Below are positions 10,135 to 18,740 of a DNA stretch of 64,000 bases, piece by piece (position 1 is the stretch's first letter; each line of letters opens with the position of its first letter). The notes below the pieces were generated by a model. That model had not been told where the DNA came from, ran no database searches, and saw only the letters and a program-made list of their open reading frames with translations. Origin of the DNA: an uncultured virus (IMG/VR IMGVR_UViG_3300012009_000259) (taxonomy: Duplodnaviria; Heunggongvirae; Uroviricota; Caudoviricetes). Location of the stretch: the IMG/VR virus record IMGVR_UViG_3300012009_000259. One strand, 5' to 3'. The position numbers were made by a program, and so were the translations under genes.

Positions 10135-10314
10135 TTAGTTAGAGAAAATTACCTCCCAAAAGAAACGCACGCAACATAGCACTTCTTGTCTTAATTGGCT
10201 ATTAAGGCTGTAGGTGTTAAAAAGTGCGACACCGAGGCAAGTTGCCCCTACAGCTCCTATGACGACCAGAATGCAGAAAAGCTTAAGACACTCGATAAAA
10301 ACACGCCTGTACAT
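10135..10314 (-). CDS. small membrane protein
   Basis: MYRRVF.. hydrophobic helix; lies downstream of the promoter at 10340-10368. Confidence 0.55.
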   Translation of the reverse strand: MYRRVFIECLKLFCILVVIGAVGATCLGVALFNTYSLNSQLRQEVLCCVRFFWEVIFSN

Positions 10315-10339
10315 CCTGCCCCCCTTTTGGATGTAAAGC

Positions 10340-10368
10340 ATTATACGCTGCATATTTCCCATAGGTGT
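10340..10368 (-). promoter_or_regulatory. element-type promoter ACACCT-N17-TATAAT
   Basis: Exact motif on the minus strand, abutting palindrome copy 2. Confidence 0.7.
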
Positions 10369-10370
10369 AG

Positions 10371-10459
10371 GTTGGGGGGATGGGGGGGTATTTCGGAAAG
10401 TAAAAAAGTTCGGAGTAAAAACTTTTCGACTTTCTGGAAATGCCCCCCATCCCCCCAAC
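10371..10459. repeat. dispersed G-rich palindrome, copy 2
   Basis: GTTGGGGGGATGGGGGGGTATTTCGGAAAGT...ACTTTCTGGAAATGCCCCCCATCCCCCCAAC. Confidence 0.95.
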
Positions 10460-10522
10460 TAAAAGTAGAGGATTCAGTAATGTATAATATGTAAACAACA
10501 AGCAAAGATATAGGGAGGAGAG

Positions 10523-10963
10523 ATGTTAGAAGGCAAGATAGCTGCTCTAATTAGGAATGCTAAAGAACAGGGGCGAGAAGCGTGTATCGAAATTACCATA
10601 GGTGGTAATCTCTCAGATTTCTCTAAGGCATATAGGTTCTCGGATTATTCTGAAGAGTGTGCCCAGGTGCGTGAAGCAGTGTCTTCCCCCTCTCTCTACA
10701 TGGTATCTACCAGGAACGGCAGAGGGCACGTTAAAGGGGAGCCGGTGGATAGGGCTAGGATTCTCGCCAGAGGTAGTGTGCAACATATACAAGAGTTGCG
10801 CATAAACGATCTGTGCGACTGGGTTATAGAGATACACAAAAGACTCACCAAGACTGTTGTCGAAGAGGCCGGTGATGTAAGGCAGGTCTACCTTGAAGGG
10901 TTTATTCCGTACCCGTATGAAGTCTTCGAGATCACATTAGACATCAAGAAATCAATTAAGTAG
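10523..10963 (+). CDS. hypothetical protein
   Basis: 146 aa; GGGAGG RBS. Confidence 0.65.
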   Translation: MLEGKIAALIRNAKEQGREACIEITIGGNLSDFSKAYRFSDYSEECAQVREAVSSPSLYMVSTRNGRGHVKGEPVDRARILARGSVQHIQELRINDLCDWVIEIHKRLTKTVVEEAGDVRQVYLEGFIPYPYEVFEITLDIKKSIK

Positions 10964-11114
10964 CTGTAAACACAAGGTGGGCCAATCCGAAAGGTATTTT
11001 TCGGGGTCTATTGGGACACAAATAGGATGTAGCCCACATCCCCAGATGGGTTTGGTGGAATAGCCGTGATAGACAGTACTATCTAGGCCACGAAGACCGA
11101 CCAGCCGTGGGTTA

Positions 11115-11143
11115 GCACCCCCGCCCCTTATAGGTAGTATAAT
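11115..11143 (+). promoter_or_regulatory. element-type promoter GCACCC-N17-TATAAT
   Basis: Exact motif upstream of 11160. Confidence 0.7.
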
Positions 11144-11159
11144 AAACTAAAAGCGAGGT

Positions 11160-11873
11160 ATGATGACGGCGCAAGAGATTATAAAGGGTTACAAGAGTAG
11201 GGTGCGCAGTGAGAGCAAGAAGATTGCCGCGAGGATGGATAAGTACACCAGAATAGTAACGGCTCTACTTTACGCCGAGGGTATTGAGGGCGTCGAGTGT
11301 GTCTACCACGGACAGGACACATGGGGTAATAATCTTGTCTGGATTTACTACGACTTAAGCGACTACCTTGAGGCGGTATTCGACGCAGATGAAAAGAGAG
11401 TCTGGAATTTGGTATGTGAGCCGATAGCGGGGATTAGGGAATATCAAACGATCAGGGTAGCAAGCGATATTTCCGACAGAGCCATTGTCGCCCTTTGGAA
11501 TTGGCCTTATGAGATTGGAGCAGATGAGAAAATCGCTCGTTTTAAGAAGAGAAGGCTTCTTGTTTTTATAGTAGTAGCGATACTCCAGCTCCTGAACATG
11601 TTCTCTCTGGTGTTCATGGGGGAATACCTATCGCACCGGTTCGGAGCATCTACTGCCCTCGCGTTAATCATCACAGAGATAGCAGTAGTGTCCTTAGCAC
11701 TTGTCTTGGTATTTATCAGCACAGCCAAGAGAGTAAGCGAGCAAATTAGGGCAGTTAATCGAGAACTACGGCGGCGTTACGAGGTGCGCCACGAGATTCT
11801 GCGGCTTGGAAAGTCTTGTATCATCTTGGAAGAAAGTGGCTCGGAGAAGCAAAAAAGTCAAACATCAGGGTAG
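11160..11873 (+). CDS. membrane protein (2 TM helices)
   Basis: Two hydrophobic segments in the C-terminal half. Confidence 0.7.
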   Translation: MMTAQEIIKGYKSRVRSESKKIAARMDKYTRIVTALLYAEGIEGVECVYHGQDTWGNNLVWIYYDLSDYLEAVFDADEKRVWNLVCEPIAGIREYQTIRVASDISDRAIVALWNWPYEIGADEKIARFKKRRLLVFIVVAILQLLNMFSLVFMGEYLSHRFGASTALALIITEIAVVSLALVLVFISTAKRVSEQIRAVNRELRRRYEVRHEILRLGKSCIILEESGSEKQKSQTSG

Positions 11874-11934
11874 AGTAAACAAAAGGGTTATTAGCGATCT
11901 ATAGCATTATCCATGACCAGGGAGGCATTAGTAT

Positions 11935-12171
11935 ATGATTCACCTTAAGAATAGCGAATGTGTTGTCTTCGGAATGATCGCCCTTTGTCTTGGGATTCTG
12001 GGGGGCGACCTATTGCAGCGTTTTTCATACACAGACATTATGATGACAGGGGTAGCAATAGCGGGGACTCTTCTTATCGTTTTCCTGGTGCTGTTAGGTA
12101 TGCAGAAGACTAACTCAGGTCGAAGACGTTTTCAGTACTGGTTTGAGGCATTCTTTTTGGGTAAGGGATAA
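11935..12171 (+). CDS. small membrane protein (2 TM)
   Basis: Hydrophobic segments; GGGAGG RBS. Confidence 0.6.
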   Translation: MIHLKNSECVVFGMIALCLGILGGDLLQRFSYTDIMMTGVAIAGTLLIVFLVLLGMQKTNSGRRRFQYWFEAFFLGKG

Positions 12172-12317
12172 AGAAGGTTGCGACTGGATAGGTCAAGTCT
12201 CTTGATACACCTCAGTAAAGTTGTTGTGGAGAGGGAGTTCTAGTTCTCCTATAGGCTGCCAAGGCCGATTAGCACAATGACCCCGTTTTAATATAAAGGA
12301 TGGGGCTATAAAGATTT

Positions 12318-12728
12318 ATGAAGACAAGTGATCGCATAGCGGCACTTATGGCTACACACCTAAGGTCATCCTACGAGTCCAAGAAAAGGTATTGCAACAA
12401 ACCAGGGTGGAGCCGTATCGAAAAGGATTTGGAATTACTATTTGATCTACTTTTAGCCTTATCCAAAATAAAGGGAGGGATTAACGTTAGCGGCCTTTGT
12501 TGGTGTCATGCTAGAGAGCGGAAAGACTCATTTGTGCTGAATGTGTACTACTATGATAAGGAACTGGACTGCCTTATGAGCCTCTATCGAAAGATGGAGG
12601 AATGTAGAGACGACAGGGTTCTGTCTGGCAAGATAGATGGATGGCAAAAAGAGGTTGGCGCCGCGCTTACTTTACGTTTCGCTCATATTGCTAAGGAAAT
12701 AGTAGACAAGATACAAGAGGAGGCTTAA
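12318..12728 (+). CDS. hypothetical protein
   Basis: 136 aa; stop abuts the next start. Confidence 0.6.
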   Translation: MKTSDRIAALMATHLRSSYESKKRYCNKPGWSRIEKDLELLFDLLLALSKIKGGINVSGLCWCHARERKDSFVLNVYYYDKELDCLMSLYRKMEECRDDRVLSGKIDGWQKEVGAALTLRFAHIAKEIVDKIQEEA

Positions 12729-13343
12729 ATGCCCAATGGGACTAATGCTCTATGCCCACCTTTTACCCCCATGCGTGACGTATACCGCAACCGGATAGAG
12801 GGGGAGGGTCACATTATAGAGCCCTTTCAAGTAGGGGAGAAGGAGGCGGCATTCGCAAGAATGCGCGGACAACACATGCTCAAAGCAGGGGAGTATGTAG
12901 CCCTGAAAAGAAAGACTGGGTTTAGAAAGGTAATTATGAGCGATACCCCTTTCGAGCGCAAGACCAATATCGCCTTTGTGCAGAAAGCCGGAGGGGATGT
13001 CTTAATTGCTGGTCTTGGGATAGGAATGACACTTCTCCCTGTAATGTCCAAGGCGTCCGTTAAGAGTGTAACGGTAGTGGAGAATAGCATAGATGTCATT
13101 AAGATGGCGTGGCCTGTGCTTAGAGAATATCCAGGCGCGGAAAAGGTAGGGGTATTGCATAGCGACATCTTCAATTGGTCTACCCAGACCATGTTCCATA
13201 CGATCTGGTTTGATGTGTGGGGAAGCATTTGCGCAGATAACCTTGCCCAAATCCACCTTCTGCATAAGACGTGGAGAGATAACCTCCATAGTGACGGATG
13301 GATGGCGTCTTGGGCGCAGAGATTGTGTAGACGTAGCAGATAA
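12729..13343 (+). CDS. class I SAM-dependent methyltransferase (spermidine-synthase-like fold)
   Basis: Motif I VLIAGLGIG, VTVVE, HSDIF, FHTIWFDVW. Confidence 0.8.
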   Translation: MPNGTNALCPPFTPMRDVYRNRIEGEGHIIEPFQVGEKEAAFARMRGQHMLKAGEYVALKRKTGFRKVIMSDTPFERKTNIAFVQKAGGDVLIAGLGIGMTLLPVMSKASVKSVTVVENSIDVIKMAWPVLREYPGAEKVGVLHSDIFNWSTQTMFHTIWFDVWGSICADNLAQIHLLHKTWRDNLHSDGWMASWAQRLCRRSR

Positions 13344-13352
13344 GGAGACAAT

Positions 13353-13763
13353 ATGTCAGGTAAAGTTTTTCTTGGAAAAGGAATAGTAGTTTCCACCCCA
13401 CATGAAGGTTTTACTATACACGCCAATTTATCCTCTGCGTCTGGGAAGACAACCTATTCCTCGGCACAGACGACTGTCATCGAAAAGCCCCCCCTTGCGA
13501 GGGCGTGTATGCACTACTTGGCGTGTGTTATTAAGAAGGGGTTTGTAGGAGCAATTCCTAGAGAAACCCCTGCTTACAAAGAGATGAAGGCAGAGATACA
13601 GAGGCTTTATCAAGTCGAGATGAGCATGGTGGAGAGCTGTCTTTACCCGCTAATCGGAAGCAAGCAGGATACCATCCCCACTAACGTATCACTGTTCTAT
13701 CAGGATGCGAATGGGGTTAGGTACAGAATGTTGGTGTATATTGGAGATAAACAAGTTTTCTAA
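13353..13763 (+). CDS. hypothetical protein
   Basis: 136 aa; AAGGAG RBS. Confidence 0.6.
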   Translation: MSGKVFLGKGIVVSTPHEGFTIHANLSSASGKTTYSSAQTTVIEKPPLARACMHYLACVIKKGFVGAIPRETPAYKEMKAEIQRLYQVEMSMVESCLYPLIGSKQDTIPTNVSLFYQDANGVRYRMLVYIGDKQVF

Positions 13764-14009
13764 GTGAGAGAGGCCTGCATGACAAGCATGACTTACATGA
13801 TAAAGACAGCGCCGATTTATGTGTCAGAACAGGAGCGTTTGGCAAGTGCGGATAGGGGTTCTCTTGTAAATATGGGGTGCGAAGATATTCGAAAGGTTCA
13901 GGTTAAGCACCCTATACCAATAAGCCGAGAGAGGTACGAAGAGTGGGTAAGATATGCCTTAAGGTTCACTAATGTCTCTTTGCTGTTTAGAGACACCAAC
14001 CTAGAGTAA
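13764..14009 (+). CDS. hypothetical protein
   Basis: 81-aa ORF in the same operon. Confidence 0.5.
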   Translation: MREACMTSMTYMIKTAPIYVSEQERLASADRGSLVNMGCEDIRKVQVKHPIPISRERYEEWVRYALRFTNVSLLFRDTNLE

Positions 14010-14034
14010 AGAGTATAATTAAAAAAGGAGCACG

Positions 14035-14601
14035 ATGCGGGGTATGAAGGGCAGAGGGTTCGGCTTTGAAGTCTTAAGGTATAGGAAGGGCCTGTATTGT
14101 TGCTTTTGGCATACTCCTATTGCGGACAGAGCCACCACTCTATCAATATCTTCTAGAATGGGTTCTGTCCTCTTGAGTTCAATAGGAACGAATGAGGTTT
14201 CTACACTTCTATCAACGTTGCGCAGGCTGTCCTCCAAACACATAAGGGGCGATGGATACAGACTCATTGATGGAGTTGTAAGACTTCCTTCTCACAGCAC
14301 TCTGGTTAGGGCTGAGACTGGCCCCCACATCGTAATACACGAAGAGATAGAAGAAGGGGTCGTGCATATCTTCTCAACCGAACCGTCAGAACTGAAGAAG
14401 TCTTATGTATTATGGACACCTCCTCTACTATCGCAGATGTCAGACGTTGAGAGTTTTGTCCGACAAAACGAAGTGGAGGGATACCTCGTAGGCTACGTTA
14501 AGAAGTTTGATTCGGTTATCGTAGCAAACGAAGAGAGCACTCTCCTCGTGCCCCGAACGCTGTGGGGGGGACTAAGAAGGGTGCTCAGTATGTCTTCCTA
14601 G
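14035..14601 (+). CDS. hypothetical protein
   Basis: 188 aa; TATAAT and AAGGAG upstream. Confidence 0.65.
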   Translation: MRGMKGRGFGFEVLRYRKGLYCCFWHTPIADRATTLSISSRMGSVLLSSIGTNEVSTLLSTLRRLSSKHIRGDGYRLIDGVVRLPSHSTLVRAETGPHIVIHEEIEEGVVHIFSTEPSELKKSYVLWTPPLLSQMSDVESFVRQNEVEGYLVGYVKKFDSVIVANEESTLLVPRTLWGGLRRVLSMSS

Positions 14602-14795
14602 TTCAGGGTAATCCCTATCTGCCTAAACACAGCCCCTTCTGTCACCACTGACAAGAAGGATAGTAGCAAGACTGCGAGTACGATGTACTTGAGTATCCTC
14701 ATTAGTAGGGACAGCTTGTTGTTCGGGGTTAGTAATAGGGATATGGCCCCAATTATGGCTGCCATCAAGATAATAGCATCCCATGAAATAAGCAT
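14598..14795 (-). CDS. small 2-TM membrane protein, end of the leftward Tad-associated operon
   Basis: Hydrophobic; start abuts the upstream stop. Confidence 0.6.
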   Translation of the reverse strand: MLISWDAIILMAAIIGAISLLLTPNNKLSLLMRILKYIVLAVLLLSFLSVVTEGAVFRQIGITLN

Positions 14796-16223
14796 CTATC
14801 TCCCCTTCATCTGTAACTTATCAGCAAGTTGCCTGATCTTATTTTCTTCTGGAAGCTTATTTGCGACCGTAAAGAAGACCAAGATTGCTATTGCGACCAC
14901 GATAAATATGATAGTACCTGGGCCTATTGATATTTCACCAATCTGTTCTTCTGGTGGCGCCTCCTTTTGCTTTTCGGCCTCTTCCTCTTCCTGGTGCTGT
15001 TGCAGGACGGCCAAAGCAGGTAGTCCGATGTCCTGACTAATGCTGATGGTTTCGTTAGGTCGCACAACTACCTGGTTTACGCCAGGAAAAACTCTCTCGT
15101 TGTTGATCTCACCGTAGTTAATTTGCATCTCATGGTAGAGGATTTTATCTGATGCTGCGTAGACTACCCTACCATCCGCTTCAAGTACTTCAGCCAGACC
15201 AGGGCGCGGTGTAGGTGTAGGCGTAGGAGTGTTCTCTGGAGCAGGTGTGGGTGTAGGTGTAGATGTAGGCGCAGGAGTTGAGGTTCCGCTTTCCCCAGAG
15301 CCCAATCCGAAGGTTGTAGTAATAACCACTGTGGAAAGGGGGCTCTCTGTCTCTGTGACCACGTTGTATGTTCCTGTAATCTCTTCAAGTGCTCCAATAT
15401 CCGCTTCCTCGACACCTTCGTAATCCGCACTCCAATCCCCGCCCCCTGCTTCCTCATAAAGCAGCATAGCCCGATCTATGTAGAAGTCAGCAGTCTTCAC
15501 TGCGTACCTATTGTAGACTAAGAAGGCCAGCGATAATGTCCCTGCTTCCTCAACCTCAAGAGGGGCAGTACATATCTGCGAATAGAAGTCGGGAGATTCC
15601 CTGCACACTTTTTTCTCGATAGGCTGCTCTCCAGAATCGGGGGCGAATCTGAGGATAGTGCATCCCACAACACCCCACCCGCAGTTGTGCATGTTGTCTG
15701 CGGTGCAACCCTCAGACAAAGGATGTTCGTCGTTATACATGTAAGGATTATCTTCCTCGTCCTCTCCCACGTCTCTCAGCCAGGAGTGGAAGTCAACGCA
15801 GGCCTGAGCCTTTCCATAATTAGGTTCTACATGTACATCTTGCTTGAGCACAATGCGGTAATAGCGCCAAGGGCAGAACCCCATAAATGCTAGCGAGCCA
15901 TCACTCACGCGGTAATCGTATGGACTACCTGTTTGGCGTGCTTCTGGCTGCCCCCCGCTGGCTAGGTACCAAAACTCCCAACCAACAGGGTAAGAGATTT
16001 CTGGAACCACACGCCCTTCATCGGCACACTTATACCACCCTTGTACTTTTTGTGCGTTACATCGCGTAAATCCTTCCTCGAACGAGGGATTTTGTAGTAG
16101 GTTTACTACCCCATCTTCCTCATCACTAATCTCCTGAGCAACCCCCCTTGTAGGGATTACTAGGAGGAAGAAACAAAGAACCAAGGCAGATATTACCTTA
16201 CCTTTAGAGCGTTGTTTATCCAT
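14796..16223 (-). CDS. secreted, C-terminally anchored protein with a CBM-like jelly-roll domain and PT linker
   Basis: Signal peptide, NLLQNPSFEEG...DFYIDRA, TPTPTP linker, C-terminal TM; related to 30303..31478. Confidence 0.75.
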   Translation of the reverse strand: MDKQRSKGKVISALVLCFFLLVIPTRGVAQEISDEEDGVVNLLQNPSFEEGFTRCNAQKVQGWYKCADEGRVVPEISYPVGWEFWYLASGGQPEARQTGSPYDYRVSDGSLAFMGFCPWRYYRIVLKQDVHVEPNYGKAQACVDFHSWLRDVGEDEEDNPYMYNDEHPLSEGCTADNMHNCGWGVVGCTILRFAPDSGEQPIEKKVCRESPDFYSQICTAPLEVEEAGTLSLAFLVYNRYAVKTADFYIDRAMLLYEEAGGGDWSADYEGVEEADIGALEEITGTYNVVTETESPLSTVVITTTFGLGSGESGTSTPAPTSTPTPTPAPENTPTPTPTPRPGLAEVLEADGRVVYAASDKILYHEMQINYGEINNERVFPGVNQVVVRPNETISISQDIGLPALAVLQQHQEEEEAEKQKEAPPEEQIGEISIGPGTIIFIVVAIAILVFFTVANKLPEENKIRQLADKLQMKGR

Positions 16224-17051
16224 TCATCCTCCCTGCTCTCTCCATTCAATAATAGACAACAAACTACATCTTGGAACCCCCAAAATACAATAAGGCTCCT
16301 CGAATTCGTCGTCTCTTTGCGCAGTAAAAGCATAGTCCCCAGGCAGGTAGTCGTGTCCCAGGGATTCTCTGCTACGTGCCCCGTAACAGATCATATTAGG
16401 AACAAGGAGGCTCTGTGGGGCATCAACCTCGATAGCCCCCGACACACGAAACTTATCAATATCTGTGATATAAATATGGGAAGGAAGATCAATTTGATAT
16501 TTTTCGCCTTCAACCTCAATGGAAAGATTAGTGGAGGTGTACTGGCATGATGATACACTATCCCCACCTATCTCGTATGTCTCCCCATCTATTACCAGAA
16601 CCTGTTTCGTTATTCCCGTAGATATATGTGGGGTGATCTCCCTATTGTCCACATATAACGCACATTCTGAAACAGGGGAGATGCTTGACTCGAAGAACCA
16701 GCGGTCGTTCTGCGCGTTTGGAAAAATGCTCGTATTCCCACACTGAAGATACGTGGCGTCTGGGATAAGGGCGTTTTCTTCGAACCTAATCTCTGTCTGT
16801 ATTTGCAGCAATGGCGAACCGCCAGGGATTGAGTAAGGTGTTACTTCAACCCTCCCGTTAGTCTGATTAAAGGTTCTATTTCCCTCAATCTCCACACGGA
16901 TACTTTTTATTTCGTTGTCCCCTAACGAGAAAGTCAATGCCTCCGCGTCAATCTCACCACCGCCTCCGCCGCAACCCGCTAGCAATAATAACAGTATAAT
17001 AGAACATACCTTATAAAGCGTAAAGGAGTTTTTTATGTTACACTTCATCAC
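16224..17051 (-). CDS. lipoprotein
   Basis: Lipobox LLAG-C followed by a Gly run. Confidence 0.75.
   Translation of the reverse strand: MMKCNIKNSFTLYKVCSIILLLLLAGCGGGGGEIDAEALTFSLGDNEIKSIRVEIEGNRTFNQTNGRVEVTPYSIPGGSPLLQIQTEIRFEENALIPDATYLQCGNTSIFPNAQNDRWFFESSISPVSECALYVDNREITPHISTGITKQVLVIDGETYEIGGDSVSSCQYTSTNLSIEVEGEKYQIDLPSHIYITDIDKFRVSGAIEVDAPQSLLVPNMICYGARSRESLGHDYLPGDYAFTAQRDDEFEEPYCILGVPRCSLLSIIEWREQGG
16972..17000 (+). promoter_or_regulatory. element-type promoter CAACCC-N17-TATAAT (antisense inside the lipoprotein gene)
   Basis: Motif precedes the AAAGGAG RBS and ATG of 17035. Confidence 0.55.
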
Positions 17052-17361
17052 CTACCCCCTTTTTTTATATGTCATCTACATTCCTGAGCCAGTCCCCCAG
17101 GAAGAGATACTTTTCTTAAAACGTTATATTTACGATTTAACCTCAGGCAGCTCTGATTTTTCACTAGGGGATGTGGTCGTTTTTATCAACGAGACCCCAG
17201 AAGTGAACAACCCCCGCCTGGGGCGCATCTCCGTTCACGTCTTTAAGGACTTCTCCGGCGTCTTTTCAGTTGATACCGGATATGACGATTTCTTAAAGAA
17301 GGTTGAGAAACGTGAGGAAGATACGCCCCTACCTGGAATTATCCAGCACCTAATGGGCTGA
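17035..17361 (+). CDS. hypothetical protein inserted in the Tad locus
   Basis: Has its own promoter and RBS; opposite strand to the operon. Confidence 0.55.
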   Translation: MLHFITYPLFLYVIYIPEPVPQEEILFLKRYIYDLTSGSSDFSLGDVVVFINETPEVNNPRLGRISVHVFKDFSGVFSVDTGYDDFLKKVEKREEDTPLPGIIQHLMG

Positions 17362-17775
17362 TCAAGAAGGTTTTACTACTTGAACTTCCTGATTGACGAA
17401 CCACCTAGGCCGATTAGGCTTTTTGCCCAAGTGAAAATTGGCGTTCCAGTGACAACTGTATGAAGCCTGCGGCGACTTACCGCTCCATTCGGCAAGTGCT
17501 TTTTGTTTCAAAACGGGGTCAATCACGGCGTATTTGAACCTCATCTCCGAACGGCGCAGCGCATACGTCCTAAACCCGCGCACGTTCTCATACATCACCC
17601 CCACATCCTCACCTGGTTGCATTTCCCCCTTGGCCTCGCCAGCGGGGTTGAAGGTACCCAATGCCAAAACGAAATACACCCTTTCCGCTCCTGCCCTTCC
17701 CGACGTAGATCGAGGATATGTCGAATACAGCGCCATACCTCGCTCCATCGCCTCTCCTACTGTGATTGTCGCCAT
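17362..17775 (-). CDS. hypothetical cytoplasmic protein inserted in the Tad locus
   Basis: AAGGAGG RBS; ACACCT-N17-TATAAT at 17823-17851. Confidence 0.7.
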   Translation of the reverse strand: MATITVGEAMERGMALYSTYPRSTSGRAGAERVYFVLALGTFNPAGEAKGEMQPGEDVGVMYENVRGFRTYALRRSEMRFKYAVIDPVLKQKALAEWSGKSPQASYSCHWNANFHLGKKPNRPRWFVNQEVQVVKPS

Positions 17776-17813
17776 AATACCTCCTTGTCTATATGCTTAT
17801 ACAATCGCATCCA

Positions 17814-17978
17814 CTACAGACCATTATACGCCTGCGCCCAGGGTAAGGTGTGGATGTTCATTTGCTCCATAAGGCTCGACGTGTCATATACCCGCGAGCC
17901 AATAACTACCGCCAGGGCCGCTATCACTACACCTACAAAAACTACTACGATTAGAAATTTGATGCTGTCTAATTCCAT
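17814..17978 (-). CDS. small pilin-like protein
   Basis: 54 aa with an N-terminal hydrophobic helix; AAGGAGG RBS; Tad context. Confidence 0.6.
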   Translation of the reverse strand: MELDSIKFLIVVVFVGVVIAALAVVIGSRVYDTSSLMEQMNIHTLPWAQAYNGL

Positions 17979-17988
17979 GTCTCCCTCC

Positions 17989-18138
17989 TTAGAAAGAGTA
18001 ACTACCAGCACTACCGGATAGGCTGTTTACGAATGTCCTTATTCCATCGACCCCTGTGCCAACAAGCACGAGTAGGCCAGCGAGAGCAACGCCCAACAGT
18101 GCGACTACTACGATCTTCTCTGCGGATTTGTTAATCAT
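17989..18138 (-). CDS. Flp-like pilin
   Basis: AEKIVVVALLGVALAGLLVLVGTGVDG resembles TERLVIAVMILVVIAALALLIGTGLDG of 31499..31780. Confidence 0.65.
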   Translation of the reverse strand: MINKSAEKIVVVALLGVALAGLLVLVGTGVDGIRTFVNSLSGSAGSYSF

Positions 18139-18653
18139 ACTAAACCTCCTATTATGGCAGACACTAGGCATGATATACTTATTATCATAGAAACCGGAAG
18201 GGGCTCCCCTTCCCTAAAAACGTGTCTGGCGACGACGATTGTTATGGCACCGCCTATTGCAGATACAGGCATAAAGTACGTAAGTGCTCCACCCACGAAG
18301 CCATCTCCGTACCCAACGGTGAAAAAGGTTAGTGCCACCACAGCACTACTAATAGACACCACCCAAAAAAGCGGTGGAGCATAAAGCATATTCATTACGC
18401 TTAATATCGCTATTATTATAACTAGTCCAATTCCAGCCCAGGGAACGATATGATATTTTACCTCACCCCGAACAATGACAATGTTTGCGAGCAATAATAG
18501 CACAATTGCGGCTACTATAGAGCGGGTTGTCCAAAACTGGAGCGGATTGAACACAAAGAGGGAAAGACCCTCGACAACCCCCAACACTATCGCGTATATA
18601 AAGTGTACCAATCTTAGTTTCCCTACCTCTCTGTCTAAAACCTTTTTCATCAA
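18135..18653 (-). CDS. A24-family (TadV/CpaA-like) prepilin peptidase, first catalytic Asp apparently replaced by Glu
   Basis: Polytopic; GYGD (GxGD) motif; RGEVKYHIVP at the position of DxxxxxIP; C-terminal PLP. Confidence 0.6.
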   Translation of the reverse strand: MMKKVLDREVGKLRLVHFIYAIVLGVVEGLSLFVFNPLQFWTTRSIVAAIVLLLLANIVIVRGEVKYHIVPWAGIGLVIIIAILSVMNMLYAPPLFWVVSISSAVVALTFFTVGYGDGFVGGALTYFMPVSAIGGAITIVVARHVFREGEPLPVSMIISISCLVSAIIGGLV

Positions 18654-18673
18654 TCCCCCCTTCTTATAATAGA

Positions 18674-18709
18674 ATACCTCATCGGAGTAGCAGTACTCCG
18701 ATGAGGTAT
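18674..18709. terminator. perfect 16-bp hairpin after the 1128-aa gene
   Basis: ATACCTCATCGGAGTA-GCAG-TACTCCGATGAGGTAT. Confidence 0.7.
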
Positions 18710-18740
18710 CAAATGTGAAACAATCTACTTAATGTTTAAC

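Noticed and set aside
10283..10501. ORFs crossing palindromes (10135..10458 long form, 10283..10501, 46260..46535, 52302..52634)
   Set aside because: They are translation artefacts of the G/C-rich repeat (GGWG and YPPIPP peptides).
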